Part shown: in pieces, positions 11,821 to 25,443 of the stretch
Layout: each line of letters starts with the position of its first letter
Numbering within the stretch: position 1 is the stretch's first letter
NCBI RefSeq assembly: GCF_018350175.1
Contig: NC_058368.1
Coordinates: 131,442,001-131,506,000 of the forward strand
DNA from: Felis catus
Lineage: Eukaryota
DNA length: 64,000 nt
Direction: 5' to 3'
The notes under the pieces: model-generated
Database searches by the model: none
What the model saw: only the letters and a program-made list of their open reading frames with translations
Told to the model about the DNA's origin: nothing
Program-made: the position numbers and the translations under genes

Positions 11821-13257
11821 AAAACATACTAATGGAGACAGGAAAAACTAATGAATGTGGAACATCAAGAATTGCTAAGGAAAAAGGGAAGAAGGATAGA
11901 AGTAAGTAGAGCTAACATTTATGGAGGGCACTACTCTGTGCCACCCATCACAGGAAAAAATGCTATCTCCATGTTCTTCAGGTGAGGGTGGATGAACAGA
12001 TACACAAGCCAGATGATGCTACCTAGTAACTATAATTAGGTGAAGTATTTGGTTTTAAATATTCTGCCACCTGAGTTAAAATAAAAGTAAGGACACAATT
12101 AAATGATTCTCATGATTCATTAAAAGAAGTATCCCACTTCCCAAGAGTAAGCAAAGGTTTTTCTGGCGCTTGAAAGGGAATTTTTTATGTGATTTCTCTT
12201 CCAGGGCATACTAAGAAGTGGAGTAGGCAGTGTCCTCAAAAACATCTTCAGAGCAAGTGGCGTATCAGGTTTCCTGACATCTTCTGGTATACTTTGATAA
12301 AAGCTCAGGAAATACCAGAGTATAAATTAGGGAAAGTGACATTGCTAGTAGCCAAAACGTTATGGTCTAATTTTCTTATAGAAATAACTTTTTAAATTAT
12401 AGAAGTAATACAATTTCGTTATGGGAAAAATCAGAACATCCAGTTAAAGTTCTAAGCTCAAAAATCCTCTATAGTCCTAACATTTAAAGACCACAGTGAG
12501 TGAGTATACTTCCAGAATATTTTACATACATGTACTTAATTATTTTTCTTACAGAAAAAAATGTGACTATATTGTACGTAAGGCTTTTAACCTGCTTGGA
12601 TTTACTTAAAACTCTTGTGATTATATCATGATCTACTTAAACTACCAATATCATGGGACATTTAGTTATTTGTCATTTACTTAATTGCTGATATATGGAG
12701 ATAAATATTTGCACACATCTCTGAGCATTTCTTTGCGAGGGATTTCAAGAAGTAGAACTGGTAATTAAAGCTGTTGTGTGTTTTAAAGCTATGTGTATGT
12801 TGCCAAACTGTGCTCAAAAACTGTTATAAGCAGTATTATACAAGAGCTTATTTTCTCCACATTCAGGGCATTTGTTTTTCTTGGCCATGACCTTTGCTGA
12901 TTTTTCTTATGGTTTGTTCATCTTTTTCTTGCTTATTAACAAGATTTTTTTTTTAATTAGTGTCAGCTTTTGTCCTATGGGGTAAATCATTTTCCTGTTT
13001 TGTCATTTGTATTTTAGTTATGTTTGTATTTTATGGATGTGCAGAACTTTCATGTGGTCTCATGTAGCAACATAGGTCTTTAATATTTCTAATTTTAAAG
13101 TTAGGAATTAAAAGGCCTTACCTGTTAACTACAGAATTATATAAAAATTCTCTTTATCCACATTTATTTTAGGTTTCCACTTTGTCCTCCTATCCCATAT
13201 TTAACTCCATTTAGCATCTTGTATGATGCATGGTTTGAGTAAGAATGGAGTACTTTT

Positions 13258-13461
13258 GGGGCGCCTGGGTAACTCATTTGGTTGAACATCTGACTTTTTT
13301 TTTTTGGCTCAGGTCATGATCTCATGGGATCTCAAGCCCTGCATTGGGCTCCAAGCCAACAGGGGGAGCCTGCTTGGGATTCTCTTTCTCTCCCTCCCTC
13401 TCTGCCTCTCTCCTGCTCATGCAAGCTCTCTCAAACAAACAAACAAACATTTAAAAAAAAA
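13258..13461 (+). mobile_element. Can-SINE, more diverged
   Basis: ggggcgcctgggt head, ggctcaggtcatgatctc, CT-rich tract and A-rich tail; degenerate TSD. Confidence 0.9.
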
Positions 13462-14489
13462 GAACAGAGTCCATTTTCTTCCATATCCTTAGACATTTAT
13501 CCTAGTATCATTTGCTAAACAATCCTTTTTTCCTATTCTAGTTGAATTGTCATTCTTTAAAAAGTAATAATAATTACTACAATGTAAGTGTTTCTTGACA
13601 CCTTTTTCTTTTCCATTCATATTTCTATCTTGCCCTATACCTCTTAAAATTATTCTAGACTGTGTTTTAATAACTCACAAGTGAATTAAAATTATAAGTT
13701 ATTTGGAGATAATTCATAGTTTTTAATTGACATTTATATAATATTGGGTGATTGTTATTGGATGTCATCTTAATAAATTTCTGCAATTTCCTTCCTAAAG
13801 GCTCTGCACAATTCTTATTAGTTTTCTGCCTATATATTTTTTGTTGTTGCTATTGTAAATGAATTTTTTTTTTCCTCTTCTGGTTTCAAATGCTTTTGGT
13901 GATACTTTGGAGAAGTTAGTTTACAGTCTTAGAGTATTCTCTTAACCTTACTGAACCCTGACAGTTACTTATTAAGTGAATGAATACTCTCAGTTACTTA
14001 ATGTCAACATTCCAGTTGCGAACAAAAAGGGATAATTACTGTCAAAGGTCAGAGTGGGAAACCTGTCATTTCCTAAAGGAACTCAAGATATTTGGCCAAT
14101 GTTTTAGGGGTTGGTTCTAACATAACTCTGTTACAGTAATTCAGTGGATAGAGATAATAATGAAATTCCCCCCAGATTTATTCCATAGACTGTACCTCAG
14201 CAAAATGATTTTAAACTTGTACTGTAACATTCACTGGTTAGGCAATTGTGCTTAAATTAACAGTATTGGATGTGATCTTGATAAAGTAGTTAACACATGA
14301 GAAGTTGAGAAGAGGAAGTGGGAAAAGATAAGTAGAAGAAAGGGTAGAAGGAGTTGATACCTATTTTTTTTAAGATAAGTCAAGATATACTGTTGAAAGT
14401 TGATCGACAAAAAGTTGTAGCACACACTCTTGGTTGCTAATTAGTACCATTACATCCTTCTTTTCTAATATAACTCTGAGTTTTATTCT

Positions 14490-15198
14490 CAAGTATTCAA
14501 CTCTCCCAGCATAGACCAGGTGGCTCCTGGGTAGCAGACCCCATCCTTGGCTTCCTTTGCCAGTGATTGGTTTACAAATCTGCATGTGGTCCAGTTTTGA
14601 CCAATGACATGAGAAGAAAGTTTGTCTTTACCCTTAAGACATGAGATAGAAAAGCCATTCTCTCTCCCATTGGACATAAACAAGAAAGTGTGTAACAGAG
14701 ATAGTTTTTGGCAGCCATCTTATGAATAAGTGGGGAACCCGCTTGGTACAAAGCCTTTATTTTTGAGAGCACAACGAAGGAAAGAAAAGAACATGAGGTC
14801 TTGGGGTGCCTGGGTGGCTCAGTCGGTTAGGCGTCCGACTTCAGCTCAGGTTACGATCTCGCCCTCTGTGAGTTCGAGCCCCCACGTCGGGCTCTGTCTG
14901 TGCTGACAGCTCAGAGCCTGGAGCCTGCTTTGGATTCTGTATCTCTCTCTCTCTCCCCTCCCCTGCTCATGCTCTGTCTCTCTCTGTCTCAAAATAAATA
15001 AAAACATTAAAAAAAATATTTTTTTTAAAAAGAAAAGAACATAAGTTCTTGATAACCTCATTTAACCACTGAGTCAGCCAGCTTTGAAGCCCACACTACC
15101 TTTGGATTTCCTGTTCCATTAAATATTAAATTTACTAATTAACTAACACAGTTTGAGTAAATTTTCTGTTAGTTTCAACCAAGAGCATCCTAACCAAT
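14490..15198 (+). mobile_element. MaLR LTR (MLT1-like), interrupted by a SINE
   Basis: gcatgtggtccagttttgaccaatgacatgag, ggcagccatctt and the 3' end ttttctgttagtttcaaccaagagcatcctaac are typical MLT1 motifs. Confidence 0.65.
14803..15028 (+). mobile_element. Can-SINE (SINEC_Fc)
   Basis: Full head ggggtgcctgggtggctcagtcggtt; TSD aagaaaagaacat(g/a)ag(g/t)tctt. Confidence 0.95.
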
Positions 15199-15454
15199 AA
15201 AAGCATACTAATAAAAGGTAGTCAACAAGGAAACTAAAAATGATATGATTCACAACATTTTGAGAGGTTAAAAGATAGTTTAAAAAGACTTAAATCCTCT
15301 TGGAAGGACATCAATAATATTTAAAGATAATAAATAGTAAAGAGGTTTCTGGAATGGTTGCATGAGAGGCTCAATCTTTACTCCAGTAAAACAGCTATTT
15401 AACTGATACCACTATACCACTATTCTTGTAAAAGGTTGTACCATCAAGACCTTG

Positions 15455-15517
15455 TAGCATTTGGATATCCACATGCAAAAGAAGGGTGACTTTGGAGCCA
15501 CACCTTACACTGTTTAG

Positions 15518-15560
<43 letters not shown>

Positions 15561-15865
15561 CGCTAATTAAAATGGAACAAAGACCTAAATGTAAGAGATA
15601 AGAATATAAACCTCTTAGAGAAAACATAGGTGTAAACTTTTTGAAAGTGGATTAGGCAATGGGTTCTTAAATGCTGCACCTAAAACACAACCAAAGAAAA
15701 AAAACAGATAAATTAGACTTTATCAAAGTTGAAAGCTTGTGTGCCTCAAAGGGTATGATAATCAAAAAGATAGTAATAAATGTTGACAAGGATATGGAGA
15801 AATTGAGACTCATATATATGTTTGTTAAAATATAAAATGGTGAAGTCACTTTGGGAAACAGTAGG
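15455..15865 (+). mobile_element. Old L1 ORF2 3' fragments with a (CA)n tract at about 15522-15561
   Basis: ggatatccacatgcaaaagaa, aaagacctaaatgtaagag and aatgttgacaaggatatggagaaatt are L1 ORF2 motifs. Confidence 0.75.
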
Positions 15866-16729
15866 ATAAGTCAGGACATGGCAGATTCTAAGTTTGCTTA
15901 GGAGATTGGGAAAGTTCTGGTGTGTCCCAAATTAATTAGAGTCCTTTTGTCTTGAAGGTGAGAACGACACCAGTGTAAGCAGGTTTAATCCTTTCAGACC
16001 AAGAGCTCCCACATCAGCACCCCAACTCTAGGTCTCTACAGGGAGGTGCTACATGCCACATAAGAGGATCTACAGGCCACCTAAAATCAGCAGGCCAAAG
16101 ACAGGAAAAGGCCATGGTATATAAGCATTATGTGGGGTAGGAATCATCCAGGTGAGAGAGGAGAAATCCCTCAGCCAAGGATATCATGGGAAGGTGTCAT
16201 ATTTTCTTGAATTGACTATCTGACTGAAGCCTTCAAACCAAGTGTGTCACTTCCCCTATTGTGGACTGACACTGAATGATCTTCCTGTAGGCAGTCCTAC
16301 TACAGACCCAGTATCCATTGATCCAGGATCCCAACCCATGGTTATATAGTAGATGGGAGTGTCCCAGGTATTGCAAAGGGCGCCACAGAGTGAGTGTATC
16401 CTACTTCCCAACTGTGAAATGACTCACTCCTGTCCCCCCTCCCCATTCAGATGCACTCAAACCTCAACAAGAATGATTTCCACTCTTGTTCCACCATTTT
16501 CCTCCATTCAAACTCCATCTCCATTTTAACCACACACAACCCCATACCCACTACTCTTGTGCCTTTACCTGGCAGAATTAGGTGCTGATGAGCAGATATC
16601 CCAGTGAACTCCACTGGAAATAGGAAAAGGAAGTACGTAAGTCTTTACCTTATGTATAGAAGTCCCTAACTAAGGAAATGACATTTAAGCTAATCTAGAA
16701 TTTTAAGCATGGAAGAGGCCTGTGATGTT

Positions 16730-16890
16730 TTCACCAGGGATATTTTGGCTGACTCAATAAATGGGGGATGTTACTGGCATCTAGTCACTAGGGACAGGGA
16801 TGACAGATATCCTAGAGTATTTGGGCCAGTCCTGCACAGTGAAGAATTATTCTGTGTTCTGTCTGATTTCCTCATGTCCTGCTGGAATTT
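16730..16890. mobile_element. hAT-Charlie MITE (MER20-like) fragment
   Basis: ggggatgttactggcatctagt...cagtcctgcacagtgaagaattattctg resembles MER20-family sequence. Confidence 0.55.
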
Positions 16891-17961
16891 GTCCAGGACA
16901 GATAACTCATCCCAAAGAGTATCGCACTTCCTCTTTTTATCTACTGTGACAGTCTATAATTAATTGGTCATGGTCTGTTATCCCTATTAAGAGCATTTCA
17001 CCCTTTCTCTTATTCTCTACCACTGAGTCTGGTCTGTTAATTCTTATGCTAATAATGGTTTTGTTCTTGTGTCCATCCATGCCTGTTTTGTTTTTCTGTT
17101 CATTTTGTACAGAATAGTCACTAAGCCTGAAATCCAAACTCGTTCTTTTTATCAGTAAGAGTACCTAATTTTGTCTTCCAGTGCAGTCATTCTCAAGCTT
17201 CAATTTGTGGATTATTTTTATTATAAAAAAAGAAATATCAAAGTAAGCATAATATTTAGAGCAGTGTTTCTCAAACTGTGTCAGTGAAAACCTACAAACT
17301 GTCTTAAAATCTTCCGGGATTAAAAGGCAATGCTTACTTTGCACCTGTGTAAGAGGGGCAAGAAAGTGCCATTTGCCAGGGGCCTTAACTTTCCTGGTGA
17401 AACTCATTTTGTACCCCTGTGGTACCACCTTTACAATTTTTACTGTATCTGTGTACCACCTGAATTATTTTTTTAAGAAGTTTCCTCATATCAACACACC
17501 TTTTTTCTTAAATACTTGTATTAGCTTCATCCTTAGCAATGTATTTGTGAATGTATGTGTTTGATGCTCTACTTAATATACATTTTTTCTAATTTTCCAC
17601 ATTAAATAGGTAACTTTTAAATGTTTAAACATTTTCATTCAGTATCTCCCAAAATCATTTCACATGTTGCTAGTGTTTTGCAAACCAACTCTTGAACACC
17701 AATGACTTATTCTTACAGAGGTTAATCTCCAGAAAACAAAAACAAAAACAGGAATGCTTAAATAGTCCCTGGGGATTGGGAGGGGAGGTAGAAATAAGGA
17801 GTAGAACAGATCATTGTCATTTTGTTTTTTGTTTCGTTTTGCCCTTCTATGCTGTTGGATTTTTTAAACCAGAGCTATATGTGACTTTGACAGTTTTAAA
17901 AGTAATAAACCAAACTGCATCATTGGCTATGATGTGGTGCACAGGGAAGATGGAATTTCTG

Positions 17962-17972
17962 TCTTTCTTTTT

Positions 17973-18040
<68 letters not shown>

Positions 18041-18042
18041 TT
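17962..18042. repeat. (TTTC)n tetranucleotide microsatellite at an L1 poly-A tail
   Basis: Direct reading; abuts the L1 3' end. Confidence 0.95.
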
Positions 18043-18192
18043 TCTTTATTTTAAATATAATTTATTGTCAAACTGTTTTCCATACAACACCCAGTGCTCA
18101 TCCCAACAAGTGCCCTCCACAATGCCCATCACCCACTTTCCCGTCTCCCCCACCCCTCCGTCAACCCTCAGTTCTCAGTATTTAAGAGTCTT
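18043..18192 (-). mobile_element. Short 5'-truncated feline-type L1 3' end
   Basis: tttattgtcaaa...ccatacaacacccagtgctcatccc...gtgccctcc is the reverse complement of the same L1 terminus seen at 45840-45950. Confidence 0.9.
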
Positions 18193-19493
18193 TTTTCACA
18201 CAGAAGACAGTATTACAGATTCTTTGAAGGCAAGGATGGATGTTGTGATAACCTTTTGAGGATCTAGTAATATATCCCTATCCCTAGGATTTCAGAAGCC
18301 TTTTTCTAAATCTTGAAATGTAACTTTACATACAAAATAATAACAGGATGCATCATCACAGTATAAAGTACTTAACATTTTGTCTTTATCTTAGCAAGAG
18401 CTCGGTAAATATTGTGGGTAAACTGGGCTTAATTTGATAGATCACCTCTTAGTCTTATAATTCCTCTAGCAGAGGATAAACTAGCTATTCTTGGGTGATG
18501 AAACAGTTACTGAAATGATTCTTGAGTGCTCCAAAGTCATTAAAGGACATCAGTAAGTATAAAGTGATCACAACTGCTTGAGGTGAAAGCTTGGATAAAT
18601 GCTCTCCCCTGAGAAAGTCATAATAGTAGCAGATTTCTCCTGGGCCTGAAGGGTTAAAAATGATGATAATTACTTTTTCATTATTCTGGTATAAAATTAT
18701 GAGAACAAAATATTGTAGCAAATACTAAATGGACTCACTAAATTAAAATGGATAAGTCATTAATTATGGCTTACCTAGATATTAAAATAGGAACTCCTAA
18801 ATATTAACCTCAGTTCAGCATAAATTGTATAATTATAATGATTCACATATTGTAAAATCTATAACTCCATTTCAACAGTATCATATTTAGAATTTTGGGT
18901 TTGGTTTTGCCCCTGTTCTATATGCCTCTGTCATCATGGTGCATATTTAGCTGGAAAATGGGACTTCCTAAGCAAGATTTTTAGCTTTGAACAGCTTATG
19001 AGTAAAGAATATGAAAATGAGGTTTTAATTTATTTTCCGAGGACCCACAGATAAATACTCATCAGTGCTGGATGAGGTATTCCTGGTTGGCCTCCCTTCC
19101 CAGCATGCAGAGCTTTTCTGGACCCCAAATTCTATAGGGCATGCACTTACTAGTAGACCTTACAGCCACCCAGGGTGAGAGAACCTGTGAGGCCTGAAGA
19201 GATTTATATTACTGTATTTCTTTGATTCAAACTAGTCCCATTCTACTGAATGCAGGCTGTGATAGCAGCTTATCTTTTCCCCTAACTTGTATTGTTCCCT
19301 TTAGAGGTGAGCATTTTTTTCTCTATGTGCTTAGGCTTTCCATGGCTCATATAAGAGAGAGTTCAAGTACTTTCTAGAATTTAAAGTGAATATCATCACA
19401 TCTGTTCTCTGATTGGTCTGTGTTTACTTCCAATGAATATTTTCTTTTTCACTCATAAGGAAGTCTCTGAAAGGTTGAGAATTTGATTCTGCA

Positions 19494-19694
19494 TTTTTTT
19501 TTAACGTTTTATTTTTGAGACAGAGAGAGACAGAGTATGAACAGGGGAGGGGCAGAGAGAGAGGGAGACACAGAATCTGAAATGGGCTCCAGGCTTGGAG
19601 CTGTCAGCACAGAGCCCGACGCGGGGCTCGAACTCACGGACCGTGAGATCATGACCTGAGCCGAAGTCAGACGCTTAACCGACCGAGCCCCCCC
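19494..19694 (-). mobile_element. Young Can-SINE (SINEC_Fc), short deletion in head
   Basis: CpG-rich body; TSD tgattct(g/a)catttt at 19484 and 19695. Confidence 0.95.
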
Positions 19695-19916
19695 TGATTC
19701 TACATTTTTTTTAAACTTTCTCCAATCAGCAGCATTAGATTCAGTAAATTCTTGACCATCACATACAGAATGAACTAAAGAGATGATGCAGTAGGAAAAA
19801 TTGTAGAAGATTTTTCCCTTTTATCCTCTCTCCTGAGCCAGGATTGTACTCTGGTTATTCTCTTGCTACACCTGTAACACATTTTTCCCTTTTTTGTCTA
19901 CCTGTTTATTTCTACC

Positions 19917-20128
19917 TTTTTTTTTAAGTTTATTTATTTATTTTGAGAGACACAGAGACAGTGCAAGTCAGGGAGGGGCAGAGAGAGAGGGAGACTGAGA
20001 ATCCCAAGCAGGCTTCACACTGTCAGCACGGAGACTGATGCAGGGCTCAAACTCACAAAACCACCGTGTGATCATGACCTGAGACGAAACCAAGAGTCAG
20101 TCACTTAACTGAGCCACCCAGGTGCCCC
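19917..20128 (-). mobile_element. Can-SINE
   Basis: Poly-T, (GA)n and gagccacccaggtgcccc head; TSD-like tttcta(c/t)ctttt. Confidence 0.93.
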
Positions 20129-20439
20129 TGTTTCTATCTTTTAATCTTGAGTCTTATTGAGGGCAAGGACTGGGTTTTTCTCTTTGCTGCCTATGGCATA
20201 ATAACTGACATAGGAGATTCCCAGTAGATGTATACTGTATGTGTAGACACATCAGAGTTGCATCTAATGTGAATTTGAGGGAATTATGTTCGCTTGAATT
20301 CGAATTAAAAAGTTTACTTTTGTTTTCTTTCTTAAAGAGATCTAAATTTGTTGTCAAAATACTGTAACAATTTTTCATGCTCTTGCCGTTTTAGTCAAAT
20401 TAACGTCTAAAACTACTGTTTTCTTTTGCTTTACTCTAG

Positions 20440-20565
20440 AACTGAACAATGCCACAAAAACATTCTTTACTAAAGAGTATTTGAAAATAAAACAAAGCTT
20501 TCAGAAATCCAGCTCTGCAAAATGGCCGCTCCCAAGCTGCAGGAAAGCCTTCCATCTTTTTGGAG
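20440..20565 (+). CDS. RNF180: RNF180 internal coding exon after the RING (126 nt, phase 1-1)
   Basis: Polypyrimidine tract ttttcttttgctttactctag ends at 20439; donor G|gtaagg starts at 20566. Spliced to the RING exon it reads (E)[41 protein letters not shown](G), the RNF180 segment preceding the C-terminal membrane anchor. It is absent from the ORF track. Confidence 0.95.
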
Positions 20566-20716
20566 GTAAGGAAACTAATGCAAAAATGTTTGGTAACTTT
20601 GTCTAATGTCTCTTTTTAAAGCGATTTTTTCCTAACTAAAATGTTAGGGGAAACATTTCTGCATTGGTCAGGTTTAAGTAAGGATTTTGCAAAGTATCTT
20701 CTTGCTGAAAGCATTA

Positions 20717-20717
20717 A

Positions 20718-20752
<35 letters not shown>
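20717..20752. repeat. (AAT)n microsatellite
   Basis: Direct reading. Confidence 0.93.
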
Positions 20753-20755
<3 letters not shown>

Positions 20756-21074
20756 TATGAAGAAAATAGACAATAGAAACTGTGTAAGAGCAAAATTTGA
20801 GAAAAACACATGATTAAAGTACTTTGCCTTGCTGTCAATAACGTTTAATATGATGTTTAATAGATGAATGAAATTCATCTCAAAAGTAACAGATTTGACA
20901 AAAGCTGTATTTGACAAAAGCACTAGTATTCTTTATAAAGATCCTGAATAGTTCATTATCATAGGTAAGTTGATTTAGTTTTATTATTTTACAGTTGTCC
21001 CACAAGTTTATGACAAGTAGCAAATAGCAGAGCCTTGGTGTACAGAGTGTCTCACAGGTACACAGTGGAATAGG

Positions 21075-21250
21075 AATACCAGTTTCTGGGTTCAGGTTTA
21101 ACTAGCTGAGTGACCTCAGAGGTGTCATAATAACCTCTTTTTTTGTTTTGATTTTCTCGTATGTAAAATGGGAGTATATATATGTGTGCAACCGAATTAG
21201 TATAGTTGTAAGGATCAAAAGAGCGAATGGGAAAGCACATTCTAAATTAT
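21075..21250 (+). mobile_element. MIR SINE
   Basis: actagctgagtgacctcag...ttttctcgtatgtaaaatgggag matches the MIR core. Confidence 0.6.
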
Positions 21251-22749
21251 AACTATACTACAGGTAGAAGGAATTAGCAAAATAAGGGCAAGGGAATTTC
21301 TGAAACCTTTTTTACCTTTGAGAATTTGTTACCGTAGAATGATAATCATACAATATGGACATAAAATATAATTTCTCCTTTAATAAAACGATGGCCAGAG
21401 CATAAAATACTGTGTGGTTTTAGTATTTACCACTTGTGATATTATGGGATCTGTTTGGAAAGCTCCAGATACGATCGTCAAGGAATGGAGCCAGGGAGCT
21501 TCTACAATAAGACCTAAAAAAATCAGTACCCCACAACATAAACCAAAAGGATAGAAATGGAGCCTGTATGGTTGAGGCAAAAAATAAATTGATTTATGAA
21601 ATCCCTGAGGTACGAAGAAAGTAGTTTAAGGACAAATATAATTTTATAGAGCAGTCTGAATGAAGAAAATAGTTGAAGGACATTTTACTACACACATATG
21701 CTATTTTATAAGGTAGTAACTGTAGAAACTCATCCACAAATTGGGTATAGACACATTTAGACATATGAAAGCAAATAGAAAATGAACTTTCTTGAAAGAT
21801 CTCATCCCAAAGAAGAGAAAATTTAAAGGATAACTTGTATGCTTTAAAAGATTCCTTTGGGTCCTACATACTGCTGTGCACACAAATTTTAAAAAGAATG
21901 AAGCACCTTTCTGACACAATTTCCTTCACCTTTGTGTATCCCGAGATACTGATGCTATAATTTAAACACTACCTTCTTTGTGATTTCATCATATTTGTCC
22001 TCCCCATAAGAGTTCCACAGAACTTAAGTTGTTAGAAGTTTTTACGGAGGAGGTTCAAAGTAGCTTTGTTATACAACCCAACTTAAGAAATATATTACTA
22101 TCAAAAAAAAAAAAAAGAAAGAAATACATTACTGTCAAGGGTCTGTGGAGCTAAACAAGAGTTGAGCTGTCAGGCTCAGCCAAAATTGAAAGAGTTAAGC
22201 CTTTGATCACTTGGTGCAGTGGTATAAACAGGAGTCTAAAACTGGAGGAGATGCTGATTCTCCTTACCTCAATTCCCTTTTGGAACAGTGCACTGATCCA
22301 GATTCAGGCAGATCAGCACACATGTCGAGATCATCTGACTAATGAGGGGTCCCTAAACAAAAGGCAGTGGCAGTTTTAGCCCTGAAGGTGTACGTAGGGG
22401 GAGGGTGGAGGGGTGGCAGTCAGCTAAAAGCGGAAAAGCACTGGGTGCTACTTAAGGGGGTGGGGGGGCGAAGTGTCTTCCAGTTTCCCTGTTCTACCCC
22501 TTTTAAAGGGGTCCCATTAGAGGCACCTGAACAAGCCTTCTGCCCAAGGCCTCATAGAAAGAACCTAGGAATGCCGGTGTTGGGCCCAGGGATGTAAATA
22601 TGTAAAAGAGCATCACTGGCCAGGGAGACATAAGGGCAGTTTGTCCTGTAAGGTCTGTCAGGTAAAGCTTCTGTGTTTGCTTATGGTCAGGCCTGAAAAA
22701 CCATTCATAGGATTTTAATCATAAACCAGACTCCTTATTTGTCTGTATT

Positions 22750-23905
22750 CCTGAATCACCTTCTGTCCTTTTTGTTTACTTCGTGTTCCTCTGAATTTTG
22801 CATTATTTCTTTATACAAGTACACACATGTATATTTAATCAATGCTATTTACTTTTGCTTGTTTTTTTAACTTTGTAGTGGTAACAGTATATATAAATTC
22901 CTCTACATTTGCTTTGTCACTCAGCATTATATTTCTTGGATCCATACATTTCAGTCCATTATATGAATGTGGCACAATCTATCCATTTTCCTGTTGATCA
23001 ACAATAGGGTTAGCCAGTTCTTTATTATAAACAGCTGCTATAAACTTTCTTTTCTTGTCTACTGGAGCATGAGAGTTCCTCTAGAATAAATGTGGGTAGA
23101 ATACTTCTGGGTCGTAAAAAAAAGCACATTTTTACCTTGATTACCTAAACCAAATCATTTTCCTAAATGCCGATACTGATTTATCATCACCTTTGTCTCC
23201 CACATTCGGTGTTTTCAGTCCTTGAGATTTTACCAGTCTGATAGGTATAAAATGGTATCTCATTGGGGTTCTAATTTCAATTTCCTGATTACTAATGGGG
23301 AATAAACATAGCTTTATATGCATATTGGCAATTGAGTTTTTTCACCTGTGAAATCCTATATAAATTTTGTCCATTTTCCTATTGATGGTATTTTTCCTGT
23401 TAATTTTTGAAAGTTTTAAAATATTTTCAGAGCAGACTCCTTTTTCTCTTAATAATATGAATAGCAGCTATCATTTCCCAGTTGTGGTTTGTATGTTCTC
23501 ATTATGATCTCTTTAGTAAATTGTGGCTTCGCATTTGCTTCATCATCTTTCCAGTCTGTATTATCTGCCTTATGAAATTCTTCTGTATCCCCAGTGTCAT
23601 ACAGGTATCTTCCTGTATATTTTTCAAATAGTCTAAAGGTATTTGGAATTGACTTGTATTGTTGTTTTCTAAGTTTTGTGAGGGTTTTTGTTTGTTTGTT
23701 TTGCTATATTGTAGATAGGGATTCAATAACTTTGGCCTTTTTTCCTATTTACTTTAGCTACCATTTGTTGAAAATAATTCATCATTTCCCCACTGATGCA
23801 CATTGCTAGTCTGTCATATATTAAATTTCCACGTATGTGGGTCTATTTCTGAGGTCTTTATTAGGTTCTGTTGGTCTTTTTGTCTAATTCTTGGCCAAAA
23901 CCATA
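22750..23905 (-). mobile_element. Ancient L1 (L1ME-like) ORF2 3' region, resuming at about 27035
   Basis: The ORF at 23141-23323 (EIEIRTPMRYHFIPIRLVK) is a degenerate L1 ORF2 C-terminus; colinear L1 sequence continues after 27035. Confidence 0.7.
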
Positions 23906-24587
23906 CTTTTTATTAAGTATAATTGAAATACAATGTTATGTTAGTTTCAGGTGTATAACCTATTGATTTGACAATTCTGCTCTTGGTTGTCTTTTTCCTT
24001 TGCCACTTTAAATACATCATGCTATTCTCTTTTGGCTTGTAAAGTTTTTGCTAAAAAATCAGATGATAGCCTTATGGGGTGTCCCTTGTATAGAACTGTT
24101 TTCTTTTCTCTTATTGCTTTTAAAATTCTCTCTTAATCATCACTTTTTGCCATTTTTATTAATGTGTCTTGGTGTAGACCTTGTGGTTCATCTTGTTAGG
24201 GGCTCTGTGCTTTCTGGACTGGGATATCGGTTGAGAAATTCTCAGGTATTTTTTTTCTTATTCCTCTTTCTCTCTCTCTTCTCCTTCTGGGATCTCTGTA
24301 GTGCAAATGTTTTTATTCTTGATAAGGTCACAGTTTCTTTAATCTGTTCTCCCTCTTTCTGCCAGTCAGCTTCATTGCTTTCCAGTACCCAGTCTTCCAG
24401 ATTGGTGATCCATTCTTCTGCATTAACTAATCTGCTGTTGATGGCCTCTAGTATGTATTTTATTGAATTCATTATTGAACTCATCAGCTCTGACTGGTGT
24501 TTTTAATATTGTCTGTCTCTGTATAATTTCTCAATGATTTCATCCACTTGTGTCTCAAGTCCAATGAGTATCTTTAAGACCATTAAT

Positions 24588-25443
24588 TTTTTTATTATTT
24601 TATTTTAATTCCAGTGTAGTTAACATACAGTGTTATATGAGGTGCATGTGTACAATATAGTGATTCAGCAATTCCCTATGTCACCCAAGTGCTCATCTCA
24701 ATAAGTACCCCCCTTAATACCCATCCCCCATTTCACCCATCCCCCACCCACATTCCGTCTAGTAACCATCAGTTCTCTACAGTTAAGAGTCTGTTTCTTG
24801 TTTGTCTCTATCTTCTGTTTTTTTGCTTTTGCTCATTTGTTTCCTAAATTCTACGTATGAGTGAAATCATATGGTATTTGTCTTTCTCTGACTTATTTCA
24901 CTTAGCATTATACTCTCTAACTGCATCCATGTTGTCGCAAATGGCAAGCTTTAATTCTTTTTTTATGGCTGAATAATATTCCATTGTATATATATACCAA
25001 CCACATCTTCTTCATTCATCTGTCGATGGACTTTTGGGCTGCTTCCCTAATTTGGCCATTGTAAATAATAATGCCATAAACATAGGGGTGCATGTATTCC
25101 TTTGAATTAGTGTTTTTGTATTTTGGGGGTTGATACCCAGTAGTTCAATTACTGGATCATAGGGGAGTTCTGTTTCTAACTTTCTGAGGAACCTCCATGC
25201 TGTTTTGCACAGTAGCAGCACCAGTTGGCCTTCCCACCAACAGTACAAAAGGTTCCTTTCTCTCCATATCCTTACCATTATTTTTTCCTTAAGTTTTTGG
25301 TTTTTGCCTTTCTTACAGGTGTGAGGTGATATCTCATTGTAGTTTTATTTTACCTTTCCTTGATGATGAGTGATATTGAGCATCTTTTCAGGTTTCTTTT
25401 AGCCATCTTTATGTCTTCTTTGCAGAAATGTCTGTTAATGTGT
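24588..25443 (-). mobile_element. Nested 5'-truncated carnivore L1 3' end
   Basis: ORF2 C-terminal peptide WRFLRKLETELPYDPVIELLGINP (25012-25278) plus 3' UTR; short TSD gaccatta on both sides. Confidence 0.88.
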
